This document shows positions 36,064-44,897 of a stretch of DNA of 64,000 bases, piece after piece. The notes under the pieces were generated by a model that was given only the letters and a program-made list of their open reading frames with translations, was not told where the DNA came from and did no database searches. Location: contig JAFSPS010000008.1 of the NCBI GenBank assembly GCA_017451385.1, positions 89,750-153,749 on the forward strand, written 5' to 3'. The stretch's first letter is position 1. The number at the start of each line of letters is the position of its first letter. A program made the position numbers and the translations under genes. The stretch comes from Bacteroidales bacterium (GTDB lineage Bacteria > Bacteroidota > Bacteroidia > Bacteroidales > P3).

Positions 36064-38007
36064 ATGAAAAAAAACGAAAACTCAAAACCGGGTAGCCGTA
36101 TAGCTTACCTTTTTGCGGCATATATTGTTGCCATTATTTTTTTCACTCTTTTCCGTCTCGTTACCACGATGGTTTATTGTTCGGCGCACCCGACTGATTT
36201 TGAGGGTCTTTATGGTCAGGCGTTGTTCATGGGGTGGCGGTTTGACACGGTGGTGTCGTGCTATGTGCTGCTGATGCCGTTGCTGTTGGTGCTTGTAGGC
36301 GAATTTGCGCACATCAACAAGCGGTGGTATTACCTCGTGGTGCATCTCTTTGTCTCTATTCTTTTCACTGTGAGTTTTTTTGCCTGTGCTGCGGACATAC
36401 CGTATTTCAGCTATTTCTTCACGCGTCTCAATGTCTATGCGGTGCAGTGGGGCGATGAGGCTTCTATGGTGCTTGACATGATAGTCAGCGAGCCGTCATA
36501 TATAGGCTATTTCTTCCTCTTTCTTGTTGTGGCGGCGCTATACTGGTGGCTGATGTGGGTGGTCTATAGGCGTTTGCTGCGCCCTGTGCCGCAGCGTTTT
36601 GTGCCGGTGGGCTACATGATAGTCATCACTCTTGTGCTTGGTTTTGCAACCTTTGCCGGTATGCGAGGACGGCTGAACAGGAAAAGCCCTATGCGCGTAG
36701 GGACGGCATATTTCTGCAACAATGCTTTTCTAAACAAGATAGGCCTCAACCCGATGTTCACGTTCTATAAGAGTGTGGAGGAGCAGTGGAAGAACGCCAA
36801 CAGCGAGGTGCGTCTGATGGATGAAGGTGAGGCGCGCAAGGCTGCGATGGAGCTGCTGAATGGTGATGATGTCGCGCTGGCGGAGGCAGACACCGTGGCT
36901 CTGCCCGACGGCATGAATGTCGTAGTGGTGCTCATGGAGTCGATGAGTGCCAACAAGACGGGCTTCCTGACGCCATCGAGTGACCTTACTCCCAATCTTG
37001 ACTCCTTGATGCGGCAGTCGCTGACGTTCAGTCAGGCCTATTCGGCAGGCATACATACGCACAACGGCATCTTCAGCTCTCTCTATGCCATGCCGGCGTT
37101 GCTGCGGCAGCACATGCTCAAGCGTGCTGTAATGCTGCAGATGTGCGGATTGCCTCATGCCCTGCGTGGTGCTGGTTACAGCACGTCATTCTTCATCACG
37201 CATGATTCGGAGTTTGATAATATGAATGGTTTTCTGCGTGGCAACGACTACGAGCGTGTCTATGCGCAGAAAGACTATGACGCATCGCAGATTTTGGGCA
37301 CATGGGGAGTGCCAGACCATGTGATGCTTGACAAAGCCATAGAGGTCATAGATACGATGGATAAGCAGCGGCCGTTCTTCGTCACCTGCCTGACGTGCAG
37401 CGACCACGGTCCTTACGAGATGCCTACCGACATAGACTTCGTGCCGCGGCACAGCGTCATCACAGAAAAGATAGTAGAGTATGCGGACTGGTCGATAGGT
37501 CGCTTCATGCGTAAGGCATCTGAACGGCCGTGGTTTGACAACACAGTGTTTGTCTTTGTTGCCGACCATGGGGCCAGCATGAGCGGTCAGTATGATATGG
37601 CACTCTCCTACAACCATGTGCCGCTGTTCTATCACTGTCCGTCGCATATACGGCCTGCCGTGATAGACTGCATGGCCATGCAGATAGACCTCACACCAAC
37701 GCTGCTTGGCATGCTGCCTGTGGCATGGGACAACCATACGCTCGGCATCGACTTGTTGAGGCGTCAGCGTCCCTGCTCCTATTTCAGTGCCGACGACAAG
37801 ATTGGAGTGGTAGATGGCGAGTGGTTCTATGTCTATGGTGTGGCGGAACGCGATGAGCACCTCTACCGCTATATGGATAACGACCCGATGGACTATTTCG
37901 CCACCAAGAGCGCCCATGCTGCGCCGTTGCGTAAATATGCCTTTGTGATGTTGCAAACGGCCCAGTCAATGATAATGAGAGGCGAGACGCGCTGCGGCGA
38001 GGAATAG
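36064..38007 (+). CDS. LTA synthase family (sulfatase-like) phosphoglycerol/phosphoethanolamine-type transferase
   Basis: 647 aa with ~5 N-terminal TM helices followed by an alkaline-phosphatase/sulfatase-like domain (VVVVLMESMSANKTG ... FVADHGAS). Confidence 0.8.
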   Translation: MKKNENSKPGSRIAYLFAAYIVAIIFFTLFRLVTTMVYCSAHPTDFEGLYGQALFMGWRFDTVVSCYVLLMPLLLVLVGEFAHINKRWYYLVVHLFVSILFTVSFFACAADIPYFSYFFTRLNVYAVQWGDEASMVLDMIVSEPSYIGYFFLFLVVAALYWWLMWVVYRRLLRPVPQRFVPVGYMIVITLVLGFATFAGMRGRLNRKSPMRVGTAYFCNNAFLNKIGLNPMFTFYKSVEEQWKNANSEVRLMDEGEARKAAMELLNGDDVALAEADTVALPDGMNVVVVLMESMSANKTGFLTPSSDLTPNLDSLMRQSLTFSQAYSAGIHTHNGIFSSLYAMPALLRQHMLKRAVMLQMCGLPHALRGAGYSTSFFITHDSEFDNMNGFLRGNDYERVYAQKDYDASQILGTWGVPDHVMLDKAIEVIDTMDKQRPFFVTCLTCSDHGPYEMPTDIDFVPRHSVITEKIVEYADWSIGRFMRKASERPWFDNTVFVFVADHGASMSGQYDMALSYNHVPLFYHCPSHIRPAVIDCMAMQIDLTPTLLGMLPVAWDNHTLGIDLLRRQRPCSYFSADDKIGVVDGEWFYVYGVAERDEHLYRYMDNDPMDYFATKSAHAAPLRKYAFVMLQTAQSMIMRGETRCGEE

Positions 38008-38181
38008 GGGAATATGTAGGACAGGATGCCTGTAGCCAGTAGTCAGACCATAGAGAAGGGGTGAATGGCTATAATTGTGAACTCTCCCCGATATGGTTTG
38101 CGGTAAAGGAAAGAACGGAATGTTAAAGGAATAAATCAATAGCAGGAAAATATAATAGTAGTCAGAAAAAATGATAGGCTG

Positions 38182-38895
38182 ATGGCTTTTTTCTATTCAC
38201 CAGATATATCGTCGCCATATATAACGCTCGATGCAGAGGAGTCGCGACACTGTGTCAAGGTGATGCGTCTTCGTGAAGGCGACACACTGGAGGTGGTTGA
38301 TGGATGCGGCCGGTTGTGCCATTGCAGTGTGGTGCGGCCCGATGCGTCGGGGTGTGTGGTTGCTGTGGAGCGATGCGAGGAGAACTATCGTGTACGCCCC
38401 TTTCGCCTGCATCTTGCTGTGGCACCGACGAAGAATACGGCACGCATAGAATGGCTTGTGGAGAAGGCTGTAGAGATAGGTGTTGATGAGATTACGCCGA
38501 TAGTCTGTGACCATTCGGAGCGCAACATTCAGAAGGTGGAGCGGCTGCATAAGATAGCCGTTAGTGCGATGAAGCAGTCGCAGCGTGCCATGTTGCCGGC
38601 ATTGCATGACGCTGTCGATTTGCGGAGCTTTGTTGGACGCTATGCTGCTGACAGGGCTACGGTGCGAATGGTGTGCTACTGCGAGGGCGACCAGCGTGTG
38701 CCTCTCTCATCGGTATATAGCGCTGGCAGCGACGCAGTGGTGCTGATAGGGCCTGAAGGCGATTTCTCAAAAGAGGAGATAGACATGACGATTGCCGCAG
38801 GCTTCGCCCCAATAACGTTAGGCGACACACGCTTGCGTACCGAGACGGCAGCATTGTACGCCATTAGTGCACTGAATTTTATGAATGAACGATAA
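38182..38895 (+). CDS. rsmE: 16S rRNA (uracil1498-N3)-methyltransferase
   Basis: 237 aa with LDAEESRHCVKVMRLREGD and IGPEGDFSKEEI...LGDTRLRTETAAL, typical of RsmE. Confidence 0.88.
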   Translation: MAFFYSPDISSPYITLDAEESRHCVKVMRLREGDTLEVVDGCGRLCHCSVVRPDASGCVVAVERCEENYRVRPFRLHLAVAPTKNTARIEWLVEKAVEIGVDEITPIVCDHSERNIQKVERLHKIAVSAMKQSQRAMLPALHDAVDLRSFVGRYAADRATVRMVCYCEGDQRVPLSSVYSAGSDAVVLIGPEGDFSKEEIDMTIAAGFAPITLGDTRLRTETAALYAISALNFMNER

Positions 38896-39038
38896 GCGAT
38901 AGGTGAAGCAAATAGTGATTTGACAAGTGTAGTCACTACCACAAATATGTATGAAGCAAAATGTAGTTTGGGGTTGAATATTTTGTTTTATATGATTACA
39001 ATACCACACATGACTCATAACAAAAACACGGAGGTGAG

Positions 39039-39698
39039 ATGAAAAAATATTTATGCTTGCTGTGTATGCTTGGCGTTTTCTCGCTTTCGGACATCACGGC
39101 ACAAGGGCAGACACAGATAGCACTATTGAAATATGGCGGTGGCGGCGATTGGTATGCTAATCCCACGTCGCTCACCAATCTCATAGCATTCTGTAATCAA
39201 GATAAGCAGATGGGGATAGAGCCACAGTATGCTACGGTGGAGGTGGGCAGCAGCGAGCTGTTTAACTACCCTTTTGTTCACATGACGGGGCATGGCAATG
39301 TGGTATTCTCCACGCAGGAGGCACAGAACCTGCGGCGATACCTCATAGGAGGAGGTTTCCTCCACATAGACGACAACTATGGGTTGAAAGCTTTTGTGGT
39401 GCCGCAGATGAAGAAGGTGTTTCCAGAATTGGATTTTGTAGAGCTGCCGTTCTCGCATGGCATTTATCATGAGCAATATGATTTCCCTAACGGGTTACCA
39501 AAGATTCATGAGCATGACAATTTGCCACCTAAGGGCTACGGCTTGATATGGGAGGGACGGCTGGTTTGTTTCTTCTCGTGGGAGTGTGACCTCGGCGACG
39601 GATGGGAGGACCCTGATGTGCATGGAGACAGTCAGGCTACGCGCGTGCGGGCATTAAAAATGGGAGAAAACATAATCTCTTACGCTTTCTCCCATTGA
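39039..39698 (+). CDS. DUF4159 domain-containing exported protein
   Basis: 219 aa with a signal peptide. Motifs LLKYGGGGDWYANPTSLTNL, PFVHMTGHGNVVFS and LRRYLIGGGFLHIDDNYG match my memory of the DUF4159 pattern. Confidence 0.7.
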   Translation: MKKYLCLLCMLGVFSLSDITAQGQTQIALLKYGGGGDWYANPTSLTNLIAFCNQDKQMGIEPQYATVEVGSSELFNYPFVHMTGHGNVVFSTQEAQNLRRYLIGGGFLHIDDNYGLKAFVVPQMKKVFPELDFVELPFSHGIYHEQYDFPNGLPKIHEHDNLPPKGYGLIWEGRLVCFFSWECDLGDGWEDPDVHGDSQATRVRALKMGENIISYAFSH

Positions 39699-39704
39699 TG
39701 AGTC

Positions 39705-39954
39705 GAAGATGGGGATGTTAAGATGTTAGGATGTTAAGATGTTAAGATTTTGAGATTTTAAGATGTTAGGATGTTAAGATTTTAAGATGTTAGGATGTTA
39801 GGATGTTAGGATGTTAAGATGTTAGGATGTTAAGATGTTAGGATGTTAAGATGTTAGGATTTTAAGATTTTGAGATTTTAAGATTTTAAGATGTTGTGAT
39901 TTTAAGATTTTGAGATGTTGTGATTTTAAGATTTTGAGATATTAAGATTTATTT
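39705..39954. repeat. cytosine-free tandem array: 30 in-phase 8-mers, consensus GATKTTAR
   Basis: No C on the + strand for 250 nt. Positions 39714-39953 parse into exactly 30 contiguous 8-nt units (GATGTTAA, GATGTTAG, GATTTTAA, GATTTTGA, GATGTTGT, GATATTAA). GATTTTAA and GATTTTGA are shared with the array at 15152-15459. Confidence 0.95.
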
Positions 39955-40006
39955 CTCCCAATCTGAAAATCCATGCTATTTCCCTAAAAATCTGAATATC
40001 TTATCT

Positions 40007-42193
40007 TTACTTCACTATTGTCATTTCTTCAATGAGGTTGGTGGCGCCAGCATATTTGTCGATGACCCAGAGCATGTAGCGAGCGTCGAGACAGATGCAG
40101 CGTTGCAGGTTCTCCTCGAAGTCGATGTCGCCGCTCATGGCTTCGCCGTTGCCGTCAAAAGCCAGACCTATGAGCTCACCGTTGCCGTTGATGACGGGAG
40201 AGCCACTGTTGCCTCCGGTGATGTCGTTGGTAGTGACGAAGCAGGTGGGCAGTTCGCCTCGTTTGTTGGCATAGCGTCCGAAGTCGCCTTCGTTGTAGAG
40301 TTTTTTAAGGCGTTCGGGTACGATGAACTCGTGGTCGTTGGGGTCTTCTTTCTGCATGACGCCCAGCAGGGTGGTGTAGTAGCGATAGTCAACGCCATCG
40401 GCGGGGCTGTAGGCTTTGACGTTGCCGTAGGTGCAGCGAATGGTGGAGTTGGCATCGGGAGCCATAAGGCGTTTGCCGGAAGCCATCTGCAGCAGACCGT
40501 TGGTGAAGTCGCGCATTCCGCGAGCCATGTCATCGCGCGAGGATTCAGGGATGAGGTTGTTGATTTCTATGTATTTCTCGTAGCTCTGCTCGCCAGCGAT
40601 GTAAATCATGTCTTTGTGCATCTTGTCGATGTCGGGTTTCTTCATGAACTCGTCAAATGCCTCTTTGGTGGCGAAGACCGATTTGTCGAACATTTTGTCC
40701 ACATAATCGTTGAAGTCGCTGAATTTTTTGCCACCTTTCTTGGCTGCGGTGTTCATGAAGTCGGGGCGGTAGCGGCTTTCGAGGTTGGCAAAGACATAGT
40801 TGTAGTAGGATTTCATAATGCGCCGTTCTACGGAGGGCTCATAGTCCTTGTAGAAGTCGGCAGCACGTTGTTTCACCATCTCCAGTTGTGCCATGCGGGT
40901 GTCGTAGTCTTCCTCGCCGAGAGCGCGCTCTATGGCGAGTCCGAGGCGGTAGGCGTTGAATGGCAGCTCGGTGCCGGTGAGCAGGCCTTCAGCCACATAG
41001 AGCATGGCTTTCTGGTAAGGACGGCGTAGGGCATAGGCATCTTCGATGAGTCCGAGGGCTTGTCCGTATTTGGGTTGCTGGGTGCGAGCCCACGCACGGT
41101 AATCGCTCTCAAGGTCTTGTTTCAGCTGCATGGTGTTCAGAGCTTTGAGGGCCTTGTTCTGCTCTGCGGTGTATTTCCAGTAGTTGGAGCAGTTGGCATA
41201 TTTGGAGGCATACTTGATGCGTGTGCTCTGGCTGGCTTGCATTTCTTCGCGCAGTATCTCAATTTTGATGTCGCGCAGTTCGTGAGTCAGTTTGTTGGTG
41301 ATGTCGGTGGTCTCTTTGAGGCCGTAGGAGGTGAGGAAACGGTCGGTGGTGCCGGGGAAACCGAGGACCATGGCAAAATCGCCGTCGTTCAGTTCGCGGA
41401 TGCTGACAGGCAGGTGGTGCTTGGGGTGCAGCGGCACGTTGCTGGCATTGTACTCGGCAGGGCTGCCGTCGGGGTTGGCATAGATGCGGAACATGGAGAA
41501 GTCGCAGGTGTGGCGCGGCCATGACCAGTTGTCAGCATCGCCGCCGAAGTTGCCCATGCTTGAAGGCGGAGCACCCACGAGGCGCACATCCTTGTAGATG
41601 ACATGCACGAAGAGGAAGAACTGGTTGCCTTGGAACATGGGTTTGACCATAGCGTCGTAGTAGGTGCCGCGTTTTGCCTCGTCGGCTATTTTGGTGCAAA
41701 TCTCTTTGATGGCAGCATTGCGGTCGGCCTCGCTCATCTCGTCGCTGAGTTCGCGGTTGACGCGGTCGCTAACGTCCTCCATGCGGATGAGGATGGAGGC
41801 AGTGAGGCCTGGGTTGGGGAGTTCCTCATTCTTGCTGTATGCCCAGAAGCCGTCGCGCAGATAGTCGTGCTCGACAGTGGAGTGCTCCTGCAGCTTGCCG
41901 TAGCCGCAATGGTGGTTGGTGGTGATGAGGCCTTGGTCGGAGATAATCTCGCCAGTGCAGAAATGGGCAAAGGGGCGCCCATTGTTGCCCAGACCGACAA
42001 TGGCATCTTTGATACAGCTGCTGTTGACGCTGTAGATGTCTTCGGGGCTAAGTTTGAAGCCTTGTTTTTTCATGTCGTTGTAGTTCTTGCCTATCAGCGA
42101 CAGCAGCCACATACCCTCGTCGGCGCGCAAGGCCGTGGGCAACAGCATGGCGATGCTCATAAAGAGCGCGAAAAAGAATGTTTTTCTTGTCAT
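40007..42193 (-). CDS. S46 family dipeptidyl-peptidase (DPP7/DPP11-like)
   Basis: 728 aa with a signal peptide followed by ADEGMWLL. It has a TTNHHC His region and a TGGNSGSPV Ser motif. Confidence 0.9.
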   Translation of the reverse strand: MTRKTFFFALFMSIAMLLPTALRADEGMWLLSLIGKNYNDMKKQGFKLSPEDIYSVNSSCIKDAIVGLGNNGRPFAHFCTGEIISDQGLITTNHHCGYGKLQEHSTVEHDYLRDGFWAYSKNEELPNPGLTASILIRMEDVSDRVNRELSDEMSEADRNAAIKEICTKIADEAKRGTYYDAMVKPMFQGNQFFLFVHVIYKDVRLVGAPPSSMGNFGGDADNWSWPRHTCDFSMFRIYANPDGSPAEYNASNVPLHPKHHLPVSIRELNDGDFAMVLGFPGTTDRFLTSYGLKETTDITNKLTHELRDIKIEILREEMQASQSTRIKYASKYANCSNYWKYTAEQNKALKALNTMQLKQDLESDYRAWARTQQPKYGQALGLIEDAYALRRPYQKAMLYVAEGLLTGTELPFNAYRLGLAIERALGEEDYDTRMAQLEMVKQRAADFYKDYEPSVERRIMKSYYNYVFANLESRYRPDFMNTAAKKGGKKFSDFNDYVDKMFDKSVFATKEAFDEFMKKPDIDKMHKDMIYIAGEQSYEKYIEINNLIPESSRDDMARGMRDFTNGLLQMASGKRLMAPDANSTIRCTYGNVKAYSPADGVDYRYYTTLLGVMQKEDPNDHEFIVPERLKKLYNEGDFGRYANKRGELPTCFVTTNDITGGNSGSPVINGNGELIGLAFDGNGEAMSGDIDFEENLQRCICLDARYMLWVIDKYAGATNLIEEMTIVK

Positions 42194-42304
42194 ATAAGTT
42201 TGTTTGTTTTATAAGTCAGGATGAGAAGCGGTTTTAATATGTGATATGTTGTTGATATTTCTATGTGATAGTCAGTGCAGGAGAAGTAGGATATTATCAA
42301 TTTG

Positions 42305-42312
42305 CAAAGATA
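42305..42312 (-). promoter_or_regulatory. candidate -7 box TATCTTTG for the S46 peptidase gene
   Basis: The minus-strand TATCTTTG sits within TTTTTTCTATCTTTGCAAAT, 112 nt upstream of the ATG at 42193. Confidence 0.4.
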
Positions 42313-42340
42313 GAAAAAATATGGCAAATCGTTGTATAAA

Positions 42341-42375
42341 ATAAGAGAGGGCATCGATTGATGGCCCTCTCTTAT
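42341..42375 (-). terminator. terminator hairpin after 42399..44666
   Basis: Perfect 12-bp stem ATAAGAGAGGGC / GCCCTCTCTTAT with an 11-nt loop, 24 nt after the stop. Confidence 0.6.
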
Positions 42376-42398
42376 TGAGATTGGTTAGAAAAGAAGGA

Positions 42399-44666
42399 TT
42401 AACGCTTCACAATCTTGCGTACGGCAGTGCCTTCGGCGGCGTTGATGCGGAGCATATATACGCCGTTGTTGATACCGTTGAGGTTGATGGTGTTGTCCTC
42501 GGAAGTCATGATGATGCGGCCGGTGAGGTCGAGGAGTTCGAGGCTGCTGATGGTGACACCATTGACGCGGACGAAGCTCTGAGCGGGGTTGGGGTAGATG
42601 CTGATGTTGGCGTTGTTGATGTCGTTGATAGCTGTCGGGCCGGGTTCGGTAATTTTCTCCCAGATGGCGTAGAATGTCATGTCGCGAGTGATGTTGACCT
42701 GAGAGGTTATAACATTACCGTCGGGGGTTTGAGACCAACCGATGAAGCGATAGCCGTCGCGGGTGAAGAGGCAGTTTTGTGAGGTGGGAGAGAACCAGTT
42801 GTCGCCGTTGGCGATGTAGAAATATATGGGGCCCATAGTGCCTTGACCGCCGTTGGCATCAAATCTTACTGTCCAAACGTTGGGCGTTTCGGGCTCGTTG
42901 GATTCCTCCCAGATGGCGTAGAGTGTCATGTTGCCTTGTACGGTGATTTCGCCGGAGAGGGGATAGCTGTTGGGGGATACTGCCCATCCAACGAAGCGAT
43001 AGCCTGTTCTGGTGAAAGTGCAGGAGATGTTGTGTACGTTGAGGTAGGGGTCGTCTTGGCTGACGGTGATGGGGGCCATAGAGCCTTGACCGCCATTAGC
43101 GTTGAATGAGATGGTGAACACCTCGGCTTGAGGATTTTGGTCTTCCACCCAGATGGCGTAGAGCGTCATGTCGCCCTGTACGGTGATTTCGCCGGAGAGT
43201 GGGTAGCTGTTGGGAGTGGTAGCCCAGCCGGCGAACTGATAGCCCGCTCTGGTGAAAGTGCAGGAGATGTTGTGTACGTTGAGGTAGGGGTCGTCTTGGC
43301 TGACGGTGATGGGGGCCATAGAGCCTTGACCGCCATTAGCGTTGAATGAGATGGTGAACACCTCGGCTTGAGGATTCTGGTCTTCCACCCAGATGGCGTA
43401 GAGCGTCATGTCGCCCTGTACAGTGATTTCGCCGGAGAGTGGGTAGCTGTTGGGAGTGGTAGCCCAGCCGGCGAACTGATAGCCCGCTCTGGTGAAGGTG
43501 CAGGAGATGTTGTGTACGTTGAGGTAGGGGTCGTCTTGGCTGATGGTGATGGGGGCCATAGTGCCCTGGCCACCATTGGCGTTGAAGGAGATGGTGAACA
43601 CTTCTTCTTCTGCTGTGGCATCTTCCCAGATAGCGTAGAGTGTGATGCCTTCGCTTAATTCATTTTCCTGGTCAATAGAAATAACTTCTCCAGGATTTAC
43701 AGTAATACCTATGCCATTGACATCGGTATTCCATGATTTGAACTGTTTGCCAGCGGGAGGGTTGTAGGTGCAAGCGAGAGTGACGTGGGGCTGGAAGTTG
43801 TAATAGGCTATGGAAGGAGCGATGGTGCCAGAGCCACCATTGGCGACATAAGTGATGGTGTAAGGTCTGAGCTCTGAGGTGGTATGACAATATTGTGCGA
43901 AGAAGGCGTCGTGGTCTAATTGGTAATAGCCTCTCTCGGAGATGCTGATATTATTGTATTCGAGGTTCCCGTTGGATGAGACATATTCATCCCAGCTCAC
44001 AAAGGTTTTGCCGGAGGGTACAGAAAATCTGGTTGCAGTGGGGAAGGTGAGATATCCGCCTGGCTCGGTAACCAGGTCGAAAGAGTCTTCATTTTCATCT
44101 TCTGGTATGAAAGTGACGAAATAGGCGTCGGAACGTTTGCGAATAGTTACATCATCAAGAATGAGGTAGCCGCCGGAGGAAAGCTCTTTGCTCACCCAGC
44201 CGAAACAAACTGTTGCGCTGGAGGTTAAAGCAGAGAGTTCTTGCAGTTGATTGAAATTGACAGTCATAGCTCTCCAACCATCGGAAGAAGAGATAGCGTT
44301 TAGGGTGTGTAACGTCGGATTACCATTGACAACGACCATCAGTTGCATGGTGGCAGATACTGAGGCTCCCTGCGTTTCGGGTACTACGATTTGGTAAAAT
44401 CTTAAGGAGCCAGAGGTGATGTCCTCTGGAGCGATTTGGATTGTGGGAGAGTAGATGGCGACGTTAGCGACTGTGGTGTAGGCGCAGAAGTCGTCTTCGT
44501 ACAAAACTTCGTCAATGTCCCAGTTGACATTGTTCTGTGGTGCATCTGTGGTCCATCCTGTAACGTCACTGAAATCACATCTGTACGCATCCTCAGTGAT
44601 GTCGACTTGTGCAAACATTGACCAGCTGAAAAGCAGAGCCAATGCAAATGATAATAATTTTTTCAT
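42399..44666 (-). CDS. T9SS-sorted surface protein with Listeria-Bacteroides repeats (paralogue A)
   Basis: 755 aa with signal MKKLLSFALALLFSWSMFAQ, an N-terminal beta-rich module and 5-6 LBR repeats including three near-identical 80-aa copies. The CTD is ISIYPNPAQSFVRV...NNGVYMLRINAAEGTAVRKIVKR. Confidence 0.9.
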   Translation of the reverse strand: MKKLLSFALALLFSWSMFAQVDITEDAYRCDFSDVTGWTTDAPQNNVNWDIDEVLYEDDFCAYTTVANVAIYSPTIQIAPEDITSGSLRFYQIVVPETQGASVSATMQLMVVVNGNPTLHTLNAISSSDGWRAMTVNFNQLQELSALTSSATVCFGWVSKELSSGGYLILDDVTIRKRSDAYFVTFIPEDENEDSFDLVTEPGGYLTFPTATRFSVPSGKTFVSWDEYVSSNGNLEYNNISISERGYYQLDHDAFFAQYCHTTSELRPYTITYVANGGSGTIAPSIAYYNFQPHVTLACTYNPPAGKQFKSWNTDVNGIGITVNPGEVISIDQENELSEGITLYAIWEDATAEEEVFTISFNANGGQGTMAPITISQDDPYLNVHNISCTFTRAGYQFAGWATTPNSYPLSGEITVQGDMTLYAIWVEDQNPQAEVFTISFNANGGQGSMAPITVSQDDPYLNVHNISCTFTRAGYQFAGWATTPNSYPLSGEITVQGDMTLYAIWVEDQNPQAEVFTISFNANGGQGSMAPITVSQDDPYLNVHNISCTFTRTGYRFVGWAVSPNSYPLSGEITVQGNMTLYAIWEESNEPETPNVWTVRFDANGGQGTMGPIYFYIANGDNWFSPTSQNCLFTRDGYRFIGWSQTPDGNVITSQVNITRDMTFYAIWEKITEPGPTAINDINNANISIYPNPAQSFVRVNGVTISSLELLDLTGRIIMTSEDNTINLNGINNGVYMLRINAAEGTAVRKIVKR
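42890..43610. repeat. three tandem 240-bp intragenic repeats (near-identical)
   Basis: Lines 43081-43140 and 43321-43380 differ by 1 nt, giving a period of exactly 240 bp. Copies ~43130-43370 and ~43370-43610 differ at roughly 10 positions. Copy ~42890-43130 shares an identical ~120-nt half. Confidence 0.9.
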
Positions 44667-44804
44667 AGTATTATGTTTATTGGTTAGATTTTTATCTTGA
44701 ATGGAGTTTGCGTTGGTTAATTGCTGATTATTATGTAATTATGTTCTATTCGTTTAGGTGAATGCTCTATTATTTTTAGAAAGTGAGCATTATAGTTTCT
44801 ATTG

Positions 44805-44812
44805 CAAAGATA
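44805..44812 (-). promoter_or_regulatory. candidate -7 box TATCTTTG for 42399..44666
   Basis: The minus-strand sequence TTTTTTTTCTATCTTTGCAATAG lies 139 nt upstream of the ATG at 44666. Confidence 0.4.
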
Positions 44813-44840
44813 GAAAAAAAAGTAAACTGCAACAAAAAAA

Positions 44841-44873
44841 AGCGAGAGGGCATAAAAATAATACCCTCTCGCT
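44841..44873 (-). terminator. terminator hairpin after 44898..46223
   Basis: 10-bp stem AGCGAGAGGG / CCCTCTCGCT, followed on the minus strand by TTTTTTTGTT. Confidence 0.55.
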
Positions 44874-44897
44874 TTAAAAATGGTTTAAATTATAAGC

